Part shown: in pieces, positions 35,234-37,043 of the stretch | Numbering within the stretch: the stretch's first letter is position 1 | How the letters are laid out: the number at the start of each line of letters is the position of its first letter | IMG/VR virus record: IMGVR_UViG_3300037329_000040 | DNA from: an uncultured virus (IMG/VR IMGVR_UViG_3300037329_000040) | Lineage: Duplodnaviria; Heunggongvirae; Uroviricota; Caudoviricetes | Strand: one strand, 5' to 3' | Length of the DNA stretch: 37,043 nt | The notes under the pieces: model-generated | Told to the model about the DNA's origin: nothing | The model's input: only the letters and a program-made list of their open reading frames with translations | Database searches by the model: none | Position numbers and translations under genes: made by a program

Positions 35234-35417
35234 CTTGGGCCTTGTCTCTAAAATGTTCTGGGGGATGGGTCTCTACGAAGTCTATTTCTATGTCTTCCAA
35301 GTTAGCTATTATCCTTATCTTATTATTGTTTGTCAATACCAGCGATAATGATCTACAGCTACAGGTGCTTGGAGCTACCAGCGGTAGCCTATCGTTGCAC
35401 CATTTGCATATTACCAT
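35226..35417 (-). CDS. Small Zn-ribbon protein (CxxC...CxC), leaderless
   Basis: TGATATAAT 6 nt before the ATG. Confidence 0.6.
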   Translation of the reverse strand: MVICKWCNDRLPLVAPSTCSCRSLSLVLTNNNKIRIIANLEDIEIDFVETHPPEHFRDKAQGE

Positions 35418-35491
35418 ATGTATATTATATCAGGGATGTTGGAGGATATCAAGTCGGAGACTTGTGGGTATCTCCTATTTTCCGCCGAACA

Positions 35492-35962
35492 TTAATCCCT
35501 ATTTTTTCTGCGAACGCCGGCTCCGATGACAAAGGCTGAACCAATAATTACCAAGTTTTTCACAATGTACTGTCCCTCGAGAGTTAGTCCAAAGGGGATA
35601 ACCGTGAAGCAGATCTCAGGTAAGAGGATTAGTGGTAGGAAGGTTCCTGGCATCTGGAACGCTAGGAGAATAAGTCCTATCCTGTTTAAAGATGGTATTA
35701 AGAAGGCAATGCCGATAGCCACTTCCCATAGACCCAAGAGGGGAACAATGATCTCTGGTGTTAGCCAATAGATTGTTGCTGCTACAAGATCGTATGCAGG
35801 GGATAGTTCTCCTATAGTCTTTAGTGCTCCAAACCAGATGAAGATAATGCCAATAGAGAATCTTAGAAAGGGAACTCCATACTTACCCGAAAAGTTAATC
35901 ATTACCCGATCAAACATGTCCGTGTATCTGGAGATACTATCTATAATTGCTAACTTATTCAT
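35492..35962 (-). CDS. DoxX/YkgB-like (DUF417) membrane protein
   Basis: LR.SIG.IF.WFG.LK, G..EV.IG and LTLEGQYI.KNLV motifs; about four TM helices. Confidence 0.75.
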   Translation of the reverse strand: MNKLAIIDSISRYTDMFDRVMINFSGKYGVPFLRFSIGIIFIWFGALKTIGELSPAYDLVAATIYWLTPEIIVPLLGLWEVAIGIAFLIPSLNRIGLILLAFQMPGTFLPLILLPEICFTVIPFGLTLEGQYIVKNLVIIGSAFVIGAGVRRKNRD

Positions 35963-36257
35963 TGTGTCTTCTTACCTCTCTATTGTTATTCTTTTACTTG
36001 GAGTGACAAGTGCATGAGCATGTTACTCCATTAGATATTTCTTGTTGACATAGGCTGTGTTGATTAGTCATACACCAGCCAAACCTACCCTCGGTCCTAC
36101 GCCCCATTACGAAGCATTTGCATTATTAAGATAGCATCTATGCAGATAGCATGCTGACACTTATGTATGCAGATTCTTTCTTGGATTAGGCCAATTATCT
36201 TTTTGCGCTCTGCTTGGCTACCGTCTCGGAATCCCAACTTATAAGTATTACCACCCA

Positions 36258-36575
36258 TTAGCTCAAGCCTGAATCACTGTCTTCCACTATAATGGACGAC
36301 TTTCCACTTTTGTGGACTGCCCCCTCTATAGATACTATCTTAGTCGAAATTATCCAACCGTCCTTACCGCTTATGTACATGCGCTTCCCAACTTGAAGTG
36401 GAAGCATCCTGCCAGAATCCTGGTCCTTGTACGGCTGTGGAATCTCAGAGGTAGGGCTGCCCTCCTCATAATCAAAACAATACTTGTACCAATACTTAAA
36501 TTCGAACTGGCCATTGCGTATGCAATAACCGCTAGTTAGGTCATAGACAGTCCCAGACTCAGTTGTAATTATCAT
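36258..36575 (-). CDS. Hypothetical protein (TESGTVY...L.VG..M...ST.IVSIE)
   Basis: ORF track. Confidence 0.65.
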   Translation of the reverse strand: MIITTESGTVYDLTSGYCIRNGQFEFKYWYKYCFDYEEGSPTSEIPQPYKDQDSGRMLPLQVGKRMYISGKDGWIISTKIVSIEGAVHKSGKSSIIVEDSDSGLS

Positions 36576-36758
36576 TTGGTATTCCTATCACAGAAGAACA
36601 CGAACACCCACTTGCCAATAATAATGTCCAGTGTTGGCTGAGTCTTCATATCGTAAAGGTCTATACCAAACACATATTCAGTCCCTAATGAGTTAGAGTC
36701 TTTGTATTTTCTAAACTTAATCATCTTGTGCCTCTCATGTTTTTACGGATGTTAGCTT

Positions 36759-37001
36759 TTATGTTTTTATAGATGGTTCAAGTGCCTCGATTGCTTTCCT
36801 AACGCAAACTTCTGCACCATCACCATAGCGATGTTTATAGTATACTCCTTCTTGCTCATAAATGTCAAGATAAGTAGGATCTTCACCAATAGTAGCAATG
36901 TAAGTATTCACATCGTCGGGGTCGGTGCCACCTTCCGCCCTAGTGATATGTATCTCACTGAGGAGAGTCCGATTTACTCTAATCTGAACGTGTAGTGGCA
37001 C
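36759..37001 (-). CDS. Hypothetical protein (H.Y.DGA..CV.KA.EAL)
   Basis: AAGGGAG RBS. Confidence 0.65.
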   Translation of the reverse strand: MPLHVQIRVNRTLLSEIHITRAEGGTDPDDVNTYIATIGEDPTYLDIYEQEGVYYKHRYGDGAEVCVRKAIEALEPSIKT

Positions 37002-37043
37002 CGATTACTCCCTTCAGGTATTCAAAGCAATAAATGTGCATCA

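Noticed and set aside
1..37043. tRNA, rRNA, integrase, transposase or LexA boxes
   Set aside because: None recognised by eye; a tRNAscan/HMM run would be needed to exclude them formally

Overview
Fragment of a lytic tailed phage genome, most likely infecting a lower-GC (freshwater-type) Actinobacterium. It has three parts. (1) 1-19031: a minus-strand virion module of tail-fibre, adaptor, receptor-binding and baseplate-like genes built from repeated paralogous cassettes, with a plus-strand lipoprotein lysozyme-like gene inside it. (2) ~18430-19900: an AT-rich divergent switch region carrying a 31-bp-periodic direct-repeat array. (3) ~19970-33600: a plus-strand early/host-takeover block of dozens of tiny ORFs plus a DUF932 gene, followed by ~1 kb of non-coding DNA and convergent minus-strand genes, including a DoxX/YkgB-like membrane protein. 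The most striking content is regulatory. There are 19 promoters of the form TGTC-N12-TANNNT, matching the geometry of the actinobacterial PafBC/RecA-NDp DNA-damage promoter. Seven CGGCGTGTCG (WhiA GACAC-type) boxes abut -35 elements, and MtrA-like GTTAY-N6-GTTAY boxes and an NrdR-like box are also present. Four stem-loop RNAs with unrelated stems have loops complementary to the distinct ribosome-binding-site classes of the phage's own early genes, a candidate anti-Shine-Dalgarno sRNA timing system. All motif counts were made by eye, and family names are from motif recognition, not database searches.
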